From NCBI GenBank assembly GCA_963849055.1, contig CAWKFI010000004.1:848224-912223 (forward strand): a stretch of 64,000 nucleotides of DNA, given 5' to 3'. Under the pieces are notes generated by a model. The model was not told the origin of the DNA. It saw nothing but the letters and a program-made list of their open reading frames with translations, and made no database searches. This DNA is from an uncultured Actinomycetota bacterium (GTDB taxonomy: Bacteria > Actinomycetota > Actinomycetes > Mycobacteriales > Mycobacteriaceae). Made by a program: the position numbers and the translations under genes. Of the stretch, positions 52,839 through 64,000 are shown in pieces. Position 1 is the first letter of the stretch. Every line of letters begins with the position of its first letter.

Positions 52839-54804
52839 ACGCACTTCGCGATACTCGCGATACAGCGGCGGGCCCGACCCGCTCGCCGCGCCGGTCGATC
52901 TGCGGGAGGCACTCGAACAGATCGGCCAGGAAGTCATGGAGGGAAGCTCGCCGCGGCGGGCACTGTCCGAACTGATGCGGCGGGGCACCCAGAACATGAC
53001 CGGCGCCGACCGGCTGGCCGCCGAAGCCAACCGCAAACGTCGGGAGCTGTTGCAGCGCAACAACCTCGACGGCACGCTGGCCGAAATCAAGAAGCTGCTC
53101 GACGAGGCCGTGCTTGCCGAACGCAAGGAGCTCGCCCGTGCGCTCGACGACGACGCGCGCTTCGGCGAACTGCAGCTGGAGTCGCTGTCGCCGTCGCCGG
53201 CCAAGGCCGTTCAGGAACTGTCGGACTACGAGTGGCGCTCGCCCGAGGCGCAGCAGAAGTACGAGCAGATCAAGGACCTGATGGGTCGCGAGATGCTCGA
53301 CCAGCGATTCGCCGGCATGAAGCAGGCGCTGGAGAACGCCACCGACGAGGATCGGCAGCGCGTCAACGACATGCTCGACGACCTGAACGACTTGTTGGAC
53401 AAGCATTCTCGCGGTGAGGACACCGAGCAGGACTTCGCGGACTTCATGAAGGAGCACGGCGAGTTCTTCCCGGAGAACCCGCAGAACATCGACGAGCTGC
53501 TCGACTCGCTGGCCAAGCGCGCCGCCGCCGCGCAGCGGTTCCGCAACAGCCTGTCCGCCGACCAGCGTGCGGAGCTGGATGCGTTGGCGCAGCAGGCATT
53601 CGGTTCACCGTCGCTGATGAACGCGCTGGATCGACTCGACTCGCACCTGCAGGCCGCGCGGCCGGGCGAAAACTGGTCGGGCTCGGAGCGGTTTTCGGGT
53701 GACGACCCCCTCGGCATGGGGGAGGGCGCCCAGGCGTTGGCCGACATCGCCGAGCTCGAGCAGCTGGCCGAGCAGCTGTCGCAGAGTTACGCCGGCGCCA
53801 CGATGGACGACGTCGACCTGGACATGCTCGCCCGGCAACTCGGCGAGGACGCCGCCGTCGACGCCAGGACGCTTGCTGAGCTCGAACGCACCCTGATGAA
53901 TCAGGGCTTCCTGGACCGTGGCTCCGACGGGCAGTGGCGGCTCTCGCCCAAGGCCATGCGGCAGCTCGGTCAGGCCGCGCTGCGCGACGTCGCGCAAAGA
54001 CTGTCGGGCCGCCACGGCGAACGTGACACCCGTCGGGCCGGCGCGGCGGGGGAACTCACCGGCGCGACGCGGCCCTGGCAATTCGGCGACACCGAGCCGT
54101 GGAACGTCACCAGGACGCTGACCAACGCGGTGCTGCGTCAGGCCGGGACGGGTGTGGCCGAACTGCCGATGCGCATCACCGTGGACGACGTCGAAATCTC
54201 CGAGACCGAGACGCGGACCCAGGCGGCGGTCGCACTGCTGGTCGACACCTCCTTCTCGATGGTGATGGAGAACCGCTGGTTACCGATGAAGCGCACGGCT
54301 CTGGCACTGCACCACCTCGTCGGCACCCGGTTCCGGTCCGACTCACTGCAGATCATCGCGTTCGGCCGGTACGCGCGGACCGTGACGGCCGGCGAGCTGG
54401 CCGGTCTCGAGGGCGTCTACGAGCAGGGCACCAACCTGCACCACGCCCTGGCGCTCGCAGGCAGGCATCTGCGCCGCCACCCGAACGCCCAGCCAGTGGT
54501 GCTGGTCGTCACCGATGGCGAGCCCACCGCCCATCTCGAGGACTACGGCGACGGTGACGGCACGTCGGTGTTCTTCGACTATCCGCCGCATCCGCGCACC
54601 ATCGCGCACACCGTGCGAGGGTTCGACGAGGTCGCTCGACTGGGTGCGCAGGTGACGATCTTCAGGTTGGGCAGCGATCCCGGCCTGGCGCGGTTCATCG
54701 ACCAGGTTGCCAGGCGGGTGGAGGGACGCGTCGTCGTGCCCGAGCTCGACGGCCTCGGCGCCGCGGTGGTTGGCGACTATCTGCGCTCCCGACGACGCCG
54801 CTAG
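52831..54804 (+). CDS. vWA-domain protein (Rv0959)
   Basis: RYSRYSGGPDPLA, LVDTSFSM, GTNLHHAL, VTDGEPT. Confidence 0.9.
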   Translation: MAKRTSRYSRYSGGPDPLAAPVDLREALEQIGQEVMEGSSPRRALSELMRRGTQNMTGADRLAAEANRKRRELLQRNNLDGTLAEIKKLLDEAVLAERKELARALDDDARFGELQLESLSPSPAKAVQELSDYEWRSPEAQQKYEQIKDLMGREMLDQRFAGMKQALENATDEDRQRVNDMLDDLNDLLDKHSRGEDTEQDFADFMKEHGEFFPENPQNIDELLDSLAKRAAAAQRFRNSLSADQRAELDALAQQAFGSPSLMNALDRLDSHLQAARPGENWSGSERFSGDDPLGMGEGAQALADIAELEQLAEQLSQSYAGATMDDVDLDMLARQLGEDAAVDARTLAELERTLMNQGFLDRGSDGQWRLSPKAMRQLGQAALRDVAQRLSGRHGERDTRRAGAAGELTGATRPWQFGDTEPWNVTRTLTNAVLRQAGTGVAELPMRITVDDVEISETETRTQAAVALLVDTSFSMVMENRWLPMKRTALALHHLVGTRFRSDSLQIIAFGRYARTVTAGELAGLEGVYEQGTNLHHALALAGRHLRRHPNAQPVVLVVTDGEPTAHLEDYGDGDGTSVFFDYPPHPRTIAHTVRGFDEVARLGAQVTIFRLGSDPGLARFIDQVARRVEGRVVVPELDGLGAAVVGDYLRSRRRR

Positions 54805-55160
54805 CACCAGCGCATACTAGGTAGCTCGGTTAACTGAAATTCGCTGGGCAAGCTATCTGTCCGTGACGTCGCCGTTATTTGGCCAGGCCGGTCCCCGATT
54901 GACGGCGGCGTCCGCAAAATCCTCGTTCCGGCGCTGCACTGAAAGATGCAGCACCCAGGCATTTCGGTGCGCATCCGAGCGGCGTTCAAGATCGTGCGAC
55001 CGACGGTGCGAATGCGAGGGTGCTTAGGTGTCATCCGCAAAGTTTTTGCGGAGCTGTGGCAAAATACTCTCCAGCGCTTATCATGTTCTTCTCAGTAGTT
55101 TCTAAGTATGAGCGTAGGTTTGGCTCATCAACCGTCGCGAGATCCAAGGGGGATCCAGAA

Positions 55161-56734
55161 ATGGCCGTTAGCCGGTTCGTCACTGCAGGCGTCGCACTGG
55201 CGACTGCAGGCGCCATCGCTGCGATTCCCGCGATCGCACCGCCGCTGGAACCGCGCGACATCGCAGGTCGGCAACGACGCACCGAGTCCAGTTGTCCCGG
55301 ACATCAGCGACCTCATCAACACCGTTCTTCAACGAGCCTCCCGGCAATGCCGACGCTGCCGGCACCGTCGGGTTCCCCGGGGTCGTCCACCAGCTGCTGC
55401 TGAACGCCAACGACGGCGATCCGCGAGCCCAGCAAGTGCTCGATGTGTTCTTCGGGTCCGGCGCCTCCGAGGTCGTGCGGTTGCTCCTCACCCGGGACAA
55501 CCTCACCGATCCGGTGACGGAGGCGCAGATCAACGCCTTCTTCGATGGCGGAGTGAGCGAGTTGGTCCGGCTGCGGCTGCTCATGTACGCCAGCCCGGAG
55601 CAACGGCATACATCGACAAGTTCTTCGACACCGCAGTGGACGATGCCGGCGATCCGAACTTCGCCCAGTTCGGTGCCTCGGGCGTGTTCTACAAGTGGCT
55701 CAGCGGCACGGGTTTGAGTGCGGACCAGCATGAAGGCCCTCGACATCTTCTTCAATCTTGGGAGTGCTGATGGTCCCGAATGTCGAACGACACGCCGATG
55801 GCCCATGACCGACCGTTGACGAGAACGGCGAGCGTGTACGTCGGCAGTTCCAACCCCGCCCTGTTTGGCTTCTTCGGTCTGGCGTACCGAGCGATCAAGA
55901 ACTCAGGCTCTGACCACGGACCAGAGCAGGAGACCTGATCGACCGACTTCTTCAACGGCGGTGCCTCCTGGTCGTGCAGAACCGGTTGCTCGGCGAGCAC
56001 TACCGACCCGGGCGCAAGAGCAACTCATCAACGACTTCTTCGACAGCGGCATCGTCGCAGAGTTCGCGCTGGCGGCTTGACGACTCCGCGAGTGACCGCG
56101 CAACGGTCCGATCTCAACACGTTCGCAATTCGGATCTCCCGACGGGGTTCTCTCGACAACGGCATCACGGGCGTCGATCCTGTTACCTGTCTGGTCGGTC
56201 CGCGTGCCGGCTCCGCAGGACATCGCAGGCAGCTTCGCCAACGGCATGACGGGACGTGTGAACTACATTGACGGGCTCGACGGGCGTCGGAACGGAGACG
56301 GTGGGCCTGAGAGCACTTTGCTGCGTACCGCCTCCACCGATCCGCAGTCGGACCGGTGGACAACACCGCCGGCGACACGAAGAAGGTCGCCGCAGCAACG
56401 GCGCCCGTGCGGCTCGCCGCGGCACCGGTCGCGGCCGCTACCCCGGCGCCCGCGCCGGTCGCCGAGAAGGTCGACCCCGCCAAGACCAAGGACGTGGTCA
56501 AGTCCGAGGACGACGAGGAAACCATCAAGACCGGCAACAAGGTCGAGCCGGTCATCCTTCTTCCTGGTGAAGGCAAGGGCCCGAAGGCGGGCGAGGGCAG
56601 CTTCGGCGTGTTCGGCGAAATCGCCGGTGCCATCGGCAGGTTCGTCACCGGCACCGGTAATGCCCCGGCGAAGACCCCCGCCACCGAGACTGGCACGCGA
56701 GACCAGCGGCAGCGAGGGCGGCACCGCCGGCTAG
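55161..56734 (+). CDS. Exported repeat-containing hypothetical protein, heavily frameshifted
   Basis: MAVSRFVTAGVALATAGAIAAIPAIAP N-terminus with AAGGGGG SD; recurring (I/L)(N/D)xFFxxG units; Ala/Pro/Lys-rich tail; terminator follows. Confidence 0.6.
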
Positions 56735-56755
56735 CCGGTACCGCAACGAACAACA

Positions 56756-56788
56756 CATCGGCCCCTTCCATCAAGGAAGGGGCCGATG
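56756..56788. terminator. Intrinsic terminator hairpin
   Basis: CATCGGCCCCTTCC-atcaa-GGAAGGGGCCGATG, followed by cgttt. Confidence 0.8.
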
Positions 56789-56813
56789 CGTTTCGATCAG
56801 GTCTTCGCCGGCG

Positions 56814-57395
56814 TCAGCCGGGCGGCTTGCGCTTCTTGCGCCTGATGCCGACGCTGCCCCACAGCGAGAAGCCGCGGATGGTGATGTGCGGGGCGCCGGG
56901 CGATCCGCGATCGGCGAGGTGGTCGAACGCACCCATCACACCCACGCCGTGGACGTCGACGTTCACCTCGGGCGGCAGCAGAATCGTCTGACCGCCGCAG
57001 ATCGAGTAGGAGTGGATCTCCACTTCTGGCGACGTGAAGTCGGCGTAGCGCAGATCGATCACGCCGCCACCAAAGAGGGCGAACGACGTCAAACGCTTCG
57101 GCACGTTCCAGCGGCCGCGGCGTTCGAATCCGCTCATGATCGCCAACAGCAACGTCGACGGCGCCGGCCGGCACGGCCCACCGGTGGGGACGGCCGTCGT
57201 GGCGCCGGGCAGATCCGCGCTCAGTCGGGCCAGGTCCCCGTAGGTTTGGGCGGCATACGCCTTGGCCAGCCGATCCTCGTACTCGCTCATCGGAAGGCGG
57301 CCCTGAGCGGCGGCGTCGGTGAGCAACTGAGCCACGTGAATCCGATCGGTATCGGCAGCGCGGGTGGCACCACTACGCGACACTGGTGTGCTCAT
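56814..57395 (-). CDS. DUF1707 (SHOCT-like) protein (Rv0966c-like)
   Basis: RAADTDR..AQLLTDAAAQGRL..EYEDRL..AYAA; GGGVIDLRYA. Confidence 0.88.
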   Translation of the reverse strand: MSTPVSRSGATRAADTDRIHVAQLLTDAAAQGRLPMSEYEDRLAKAYAAQTYGDLARLSADLPGATTAVPTGGPCRPAPSTLLLAIMSGFERRGRWNVPKRLTSFALFGGGVIDLRYADFTSPEVEIHSYSICGGQTILLPPEVNVDVHGVGVMGAFDHLADRGSPGAPHITIRGFSLWGSVGIRRKKRKPPG

Positions 57396-57473
57396 CACGA
57401 CGAGCCTACGACTATCGCCGACACACGCAAGGTTGTTGCCCAAACTGTGGCCGTAGATACGTTGGCGCCCGAT

Positions 57474-58244
57474 TCAGGACGGAGCCCACTTCGGTGGTCG
57501 CTTCTCCAGGAACGCGAGCATTCCCTCGCGCGCCTCCTCCGACACGAACAGCGCGGCCGACTGCTTGGTCAGTTCCTCGGCGTGCTGGTCGAAGCCCACG
57601 AGGATCGACGCCGTGGTGAGCGCCTTCGACGCTGCCAGGCCCTGGGGTGAACCCTTCGCGATGTTCGCGGTCAACGCCGACACCTCCGCGTCGACGTCCT
57701 CGGCGGCCACGGTGACCAGGCCGATCGCGGCAGCCTCTCCTGCGTCGAACTTCTCGCCGGTGACGAAGTACCGGCCCGCCGCTCGAGGGGACAGCTTCGG
57801 CAGCAAGGTCAGCGAGATGATCGACGGCGCCACGCCGATGCGGGCCTCGGTGAGCGCGAACGTGCTCGCCGGCCCGGCCACCACGAGGTCGCACGCACCG
57901 ATCAGTCCGAGGCCACCCGCTCGCACGTGACCGTCCACCGCCGCGATCACGGGCATCGGCAATTCCAAGATCGCGCGCAGCACCTGAGTCATCTCGCGGG
58001 CCCGGTCGACGGCGACGTCACCAGGATCGCGTCCGGCTGCCTCGGCGAGGTCGGCGCCGGCGCAGAAGGTCCTGCCGGTGTGCCCCAACACGACCGCCCG
58101 CACCCCGGACTCCTCGGCGGCGTCGCTGAGCCCCTGCTGGAGTTGGTGCACCAGGGCGGTCGACAACGCATTGTGATTGTGCGGTGAGTCCAGCACGATG
58201 CGCGCGACCGCGCCGTCGACCGAATAGTGCACCAGTGCGCTCAT
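57474..58244 (-). CDS. echA7: Enoyl-CoA hydratase
   Basis: NALS, FCAGADL, GHVRAGGLG, EAREGMLAFLEKRPP; synteny. Confidence 0.88.
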   Translation of the reverse strand: MSALVHYSVDGAVARIVLDSPHNHNALSTALVHQLQQGLSDAAEESGVRAVVLGHTGRTFCAGADLAEAAGRDPGDVAVDRAREMTQVLRAILELPMPVIAAVDGHVRAGGLGLIGACDLVVAGPASTFALTEARIGVAPSIISLTLLPKLSPRAAGRYFVTGEKFDAGEAAAIGLVTVAAEDVDAEVSALTANIAKGSPQGLAASKALTTASILVGFDQHAEELTKQSAALFVSEEAREGMLAFLEKRPPKWAPS

Positions 58245-58266
58245 CGAAATCTCCTCCGGTCGCCGC

Positions 58267-59424
58267 TCAGTACGACCGCGGCAGCCCCAGCGACGTCTGC
58301 GCGATGAAGTTGAGGATCATCTCGCGGCTGACCGGGGCGATCCGGGCCAGCTTCGACGCGGTGACCGCCGCAGCGATGCCGTACTCCTTGGTCAGCCCGT
58401 TGCCGCCCAGCGACTGGACGGCCTGGTCGACCGCGCGGACCGACGCCTCGCCGGCGGCGTACTTGGCCATGTTCGCGGCTTCCGCCGCGCCGACGTCGTC
58501 GCCCCCGTCGTAGAGCGTCGCGGCCTTCTGCATCATCAGCCTGGCCAGCTCGATCTCGATGTGGTTCTGTGCCAGCGGATGTGACAGCCCCTGGTGTGCG
58601 CCGATCGGCGTCTTCCACACCTGGCGGGTCTTTGCGTAGTCGACGGCCTTGTCGATGGCGAAGCGCCCCATCCCGACGGCGCTGGCCGCACCCATGATCC
58701 GCTCGGGGTTCAGTCCTGCGAACAGCTGGGCGATCGCGGCGTCCTCGGATCCGACCAGCGCGTCGGCGGGCAGCCGCACGTCGTCGAGGAACACCTGGAA
58801 CTGGCTTTCGGGACTGACCAACTCCATCTCGATCTTCGTCCAGCTCAACCCGGGCGTGTCGGTGGGGACGACGAACAGTGCCGGCCGCAGGTTGCCGGTC
58901 TTGGCCTCCTCCGTGCGGCCGACCACGAGCACGGCCTGCGCCTGGTCGACGCCCGAGATGAACACCTTCTGGCCCTTGAGGATCCAGTCGCTGCCATCAC
59001 GGCGCGCGGTGGTGGTGATCTTGTGCGAGTTCGATCCGGCGTCGGGTTCGGTGATGGCGAACGCCATCGTGATGGTCCCGTCGGCGATGCCCGGAATCCA
59101 GCGCTTCTTCTGCTCGTCGGTGCCGAACTTGCTGATGATGGTGCCGTTGATGGCGGGGGATACCACCATCATGAGCAGCGCACAGCCTCCGGCCGACATC
59201 TCCTCCATGACCAGCGACAGCTCGTACATGCCGGCGCCGCCGCCGCCGTACTCCTCGGGGAGGTTCACCCCGATGAAGCCGAGTTTTCCTGCCTCGCTCC
59301 ACAACTCGTCGGTGTGCTGGCCGGCGCGCGCCTTCTCCAGGTAGTAGTCCTGACCGTAGTTGGCGGCCATCGCCGCCACGGCCTTGCGCAGCGCCTGCTG
59401 TTCCTCGGTCTCGACGAAACTCAT
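58267..59424 (-). CDS. fadE12: Acyl-CoA dehydrogenase
   Basis: FAITEPDAGS, GQKVFIS, LNPER, QSLGGNG; synteny. Confidence 0.9.
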   Translation of the reverse strand: MSFVETEEQQALRKAVAAMAANYGQDYYLEKARAGQHTDELWSEAGKLGFIGVNLPEEYGGGGAGMYELSLVMEEMSAGGCALLMMVVSPAINGTIISKFGTDEQKKRWIPGIADGTITMAFAITEPDAGSNSHKITTTARRDGSDWILKGQKVFISGVDQAQAVLVVGRTEEAKTGNLRPALFVVPTDTPGLSWTKIEMELVSPESQFQVFLDDVRLPADALVGSEDAAIAQLFAGLNPERIMGAASAVGMGRFAIDKAVDYAKTRQVWKTPIGAHQGLSHPLAQNHIEIELARLMMQKAATLYDGGDDVGAAEAANMAKYAAGEASVRAVDQAVQSLGGNGLTKEYGIAAAVTASKLARIAPVSREMILNFIAQTSLGLPRSY

Positions 59425-59440
59425 GTTGCTCTCCTTTGGG

Positions 59441-61429
59441 TCACGCGTCTTCTACACGGGCGAGTACGGCGCCGACGTCGACCTGTTGGCCGGCCGCGAC
59501 GTTGAGTTCGGCGAGCACACCGGCGCTCGGGGCGGTGATGGTGTGCTCCATCTTCATGGCCTCCAGCCAGATCAACGGCTGGCCCGCCGTCACCGGGTCG
59601 CCGACCGCGGCGCCGACCCGGATCACCGACCCCGGCATCGGAGCCAGCAACGAGCCTTGTGCGACGGCCGCATCCGGATCGGGGAAGCTGGGCTGCACGG
59701 TAAGCCGTACCGGCCCCAGCGGGCCGTCGACGAAGACGTGATCGGCGTAGCGGGCCACGTCGAACGGTCGCTCGACGGCGTTTCCCCCCGTCGCTCCGCT
59801 CGCCCCAGCGCCTCCGGCGGCCAGCACCACCCGATCGGGAGTCACCGACACCAGTGCCACGTCGTCGAAGTCGGGGGCGTCCAGCCTGCCGCGCACGAAC
59901 CGGTACCGGACGTCGTGCTCGCCGCCCGCGGCATCGGCGAACCGCTTGGTCTGGTAGCCGGACGGCACGTTGCGCCACCCGCTGGGGACGTCGGCGAAAG
60001 CCTTTGCCGTCCGGCGGTTCTCGGCAGCATCGGCGAGAGCCGCGGCGAGCGCGGCAAGTCTCACGGCGGACGGGTCGGCGAGCGGCGCGGCCAGCTCGGC
60101 GAGGCCGTGGGTGTCGAAGAACGCGGTGTCGGTGGCCCCCTCGAGGAACGCCGGATGGCGCAGCACGTTGACCAGCAGATCGCGGTTGGTCGTGATGCCA
60201 TGCAGGCGTGTCCGGGCCAGGGCGTCAGCCAGGATGCCCGCTGCCTGGCGCCTGGTCGGCGCGGACGAGATGACCTTGGCGAGCATCGGGTCGTAGAACA
60301 CCGACACGACCGAGCCGTCCACGATACCCGAGTCGACGCGCACGCCAGGGCGGTCCAGCGTGCCGAACTCCGTGCGGGTGTTGGGCACCTCGAACCGGTG
60401 GATCATGCCGGCCTGGGGCTGCCAGTTCTTGGCCGGGTCCTCGGCGTAGAGCCGCGCCTCGATCGAATATCCTTGCGCGGCTGGCGGTTCGACGTCCAGG
60501 CGCGCACCGGAAGCGACGTCGAGCTGCAACGCGACCAGGTCCAGTCCGGTGGTCTCCTCGGTCACGGGATGTTCGACCTGCAGCCGAGTGTTCATCTCCA
60601 GGAAGAAGAAGTCGCCCTCCTCGTCGGCCATGAATTCGACCGTGCCCGCACCGGTGTAGCCGATGGCGTTGGCGGCCAGCCGTGCCGCCTCGAAGAGCTT
60701 GGCGCGCATGCCAGGAGTGCGCTCGACGAGCGGCGACGGCGCCTCCTCGATGATCTTCTGGTGCCGACGCTGGATCGAGCATTCACGTTCACCGACCGCC
60801 CACACCGTGCCGTGAGCGTCGGCCATCACCTGAACCTCGACGTGGTGGCCGGTCGCCAGGTAGCGCTCGCAGAAGACCGTCGGATCACCAAACGCCGACT
60901 GCGCCTCGCGCTGAGCGGCCTCGACCTGCTTGGGCAGCTCCGCCAGGTCGCGCACGACGCGCATCCCCCGGCCACCCCCACCGGCCGACGCCTTGATCAG
61001 TACGGGCAATTGCGCGGCGGTGACCGAATCGGGGTCCAACTCCTCGAGTACCGGCACCCCGGCGGCGGCCATCATCTTCTTGGCTTCGATCTTGGAGCCC
61101 ATCGCCTGCACCGCCGCGACGGGCGGGCCGATCCAGATCAGCCCGGCCTGCTGCACGGCATCGGCGAATTCCGCGTTCTCCGAGAGGAATCCGTAACCAG
61201 GATGGACGGCGTCGGCCCCGGCGGCGCGGGCGGCCTCGATCAGTTGCGCCCCGTCGAGGTAGCCGTTGCGACCCTCGAGGCGGACGCGGGCGTCGGCCTC
61301 GGCGACGTGCGGGCTGGCGACATCGGGCTCGGTGTACACGGCGACGGTGCCGATGCCCAGCCGTCGGCAGGTGGCGAATACGCGGCGGGCGATCTCGCCG
61401 CGGTTGGCGACCAGGACTCGGGTGATCAT
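59441..61429 (-). CDS. accA2: Acyl-CoA carboxylase alpha (biotin carboxylase plus BCCP)
   Basis: VLVANRGEIA, HPGYGFLSEN, RECSIQRRHQK, EMNTRLQVEH, EAMKME. Confidence 0.93.
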   Translation of the reverse strand: MITRVLVANRGEIARRVFATCRRLGIGTVAVYTEPDVASPHVAEADARVRLEGRNGYLDGAQLIEAARAAGADAVHPGYGFLSENAEFADAVQQAGLIWIGPPVAAVQAMGSKIEAKKMMAAAGVPVLEELDPDSVTAAQLPVLIKASAGGGGRGMRVVRDLAELPKQVEAAQREAQSAFGDPTVFCERYLATGHHVEVQVMADAHGTVWAVGERECSIQRRHQKIIEEAPSPLVERTPGMRAKLFEAARLAANAIGYTGAGTVEFMADEEGDFFFLEMNTRLQVEHPVTEETTGLDLVALQLDVASGARLDVEPPAAQGYSIEARLYAEDPAKNWQPQAGMIHRFEVPNTRTEFGTLDRPGVRVDSGIVDGSVVSVFYDPMLAKVISSAPTRRQAAGILADALARTRLHGITTNRDLLVNVLRHPAFLEGATDTAFFDTHGLAELAAPLADPSAVRLAALAAALADAAENRRTAKAFADVPSGWRNVPSGYQTKRFADAAGGEHDVRYRFVRGRLDAPDFDDVALVSVTPDRVVLAAGGAGASGATGGNAVERPFDVARYADHVFVDGPLGPVRLTVQPSFPDPDAAVAQGSLLAPMPGSVIRVGAAVGDPVTAGQPLIWLEAMKMEHTITAPSAGVLAELNVAAGQQVDVGAVLARVEDA

Positions 61430-61447
61430 CTCGCTCCCTCCACCTCT

Positions 61448-61500
61448 GCGATTTGTGCGCGCTTTCGTTCGCTCAGCGACGGAAAACACGCCCAAATCGC
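61448..61500. repeat. REP-like imperfect palindromic repeat, copy 3 (inside the acc operon)
   Basis: gcgatttgtgcgcgctttcgttcgctcagcgacggaaaacacgcccaaatcgc. Confidence 0.72.
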
Positions 61501-61523
61501 CGTCGGGGGAGACATGAGGGCGC

Positions 61524-63112
<1,589 letters not shown>

Positions 63113-63116
<4 letters not shown>

Positions 63117-64000
63117 GACTGGTATCCCAGCGTCTTGGCGGCCAGCGCGGTGAGGATTTCGGTAGTTCCGCCGCCGATGCCCAGGATGCGCATGTCCCGA
63201 TACTGGCGTTCGATCTCCGACTCGGCCATGTACCCCATGCCGCCGAACAGCTGAACGGCCGCGTTCGCCACCCACTCGCCGGACTCGACGGCGGTGTTCT
63301 TCGCGAAGCACACCTCGGTGATGAGGTTGTTCTCGCCAGCGAGCTGACGTTCGACGACGTGGCGCGTGTACACCCGTGCGACGTCGACCCGGCGAGCCAT
63401 CTCGGCCAGCGTGTTCTGCACCGACTGGCGCGAGATCAGGGGCCTTCCGAACGTCTCCCGGTCACGACACCACTGGACGGTCAGGTCGAGGCAGCGCTGC
63501 GCGCTCGAGTACGCCTGCGCGGCCAGGCCGACCCGCTCGCTGACGAACGCCGCCGCGATCTGCAGGAAGCCGCTGTGCTCGGCGCCGATCAGGTTCTCGG
63601 CGGGCACCCGGACGTCGGTGTAGGACAACTCGGCGGTGTCCGACGAGCGCCACCCCATCTTCTCCAGCTTGCGGGTGACCTCGAACCCCGGCGTGTCCTT
63701 GTCGACGACGATCAGCGAAACGCCCGCTGCGCCAGGGCCCCCGGTGCGGGCCGCGGTCACGACGTAGTCGGCGCGCACGCCGGAGGTGATGTAGGTCTTG
63801 GCGCCGTTGATGACGTAGTGGTCGCCGTCGCGGACCGCGCGTGTGGTCAGGTGCCCGACGTCCGAGCCGCCACCAGGCTCGGTGATGGCCAGCGCGCCGA
63901 TCTTGGCGCCGTGCAGCGTGGGCCGCACGTAGGTGTCGATCAACCGCTCGTCGCCGGAGGCGATCATGTGCGGTACCGCGATGCCGCAGGTGAACAGTGA
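63113..64000 (-). CDS. fadE13: Acyl-CoA dehydrogenase (5' end beyond the window)
   Basis: LAITEPGGGSD, GAKTYIT, QLFGGMG, IGGGTTE; synteny. Confidence 0.88.

Overview
A 64-kb chromosomal segment from a GC-rich, rapidly growing mycobacterium (Mycolicibacterium-like). The backbone is syntenic with the M. tuberculosis Rv0940c-Rv0975c region: Rv0940c-like LLM oxidoreductase, fpg/Nei, SDR, pgi, chorismate mutase, uvrD1/pcrA, M23 peptidase, sucCD, Rv0953c, Rv0954, perM, purNH, Rv0958/0959, DUF1707 and echA7-fadE12-accA2-accD2-fadE13. trcRS and rnhA lie near the start. Accessory insertions are a polyamine-type ABC uptake/catabolism cluster flanked by REP-like repeats, a type VII (WXG100-like) effector cassette with two paralogous exported candidate immunity genes, a membrane protein plus fold-III decarboxylase pair, sfnG, an hsp20/MerR divergon and a repeat-rich exported protein. 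Many genes, including pgi, sucC and uvrD1, carry single-base frameshifts that look like consensus errors. The most striking unannotated signal is a leaderless 19-codon uORF (MLHQQGRFFYGYRPAVPVV) with mutually exclusive RNA hairpins just upstream of the cytoplasmic chorismate mutase, a candidate Phe/Tyr-sensing attenuator. All family assignments come from recalled motifs and synteny; no database searches were run.
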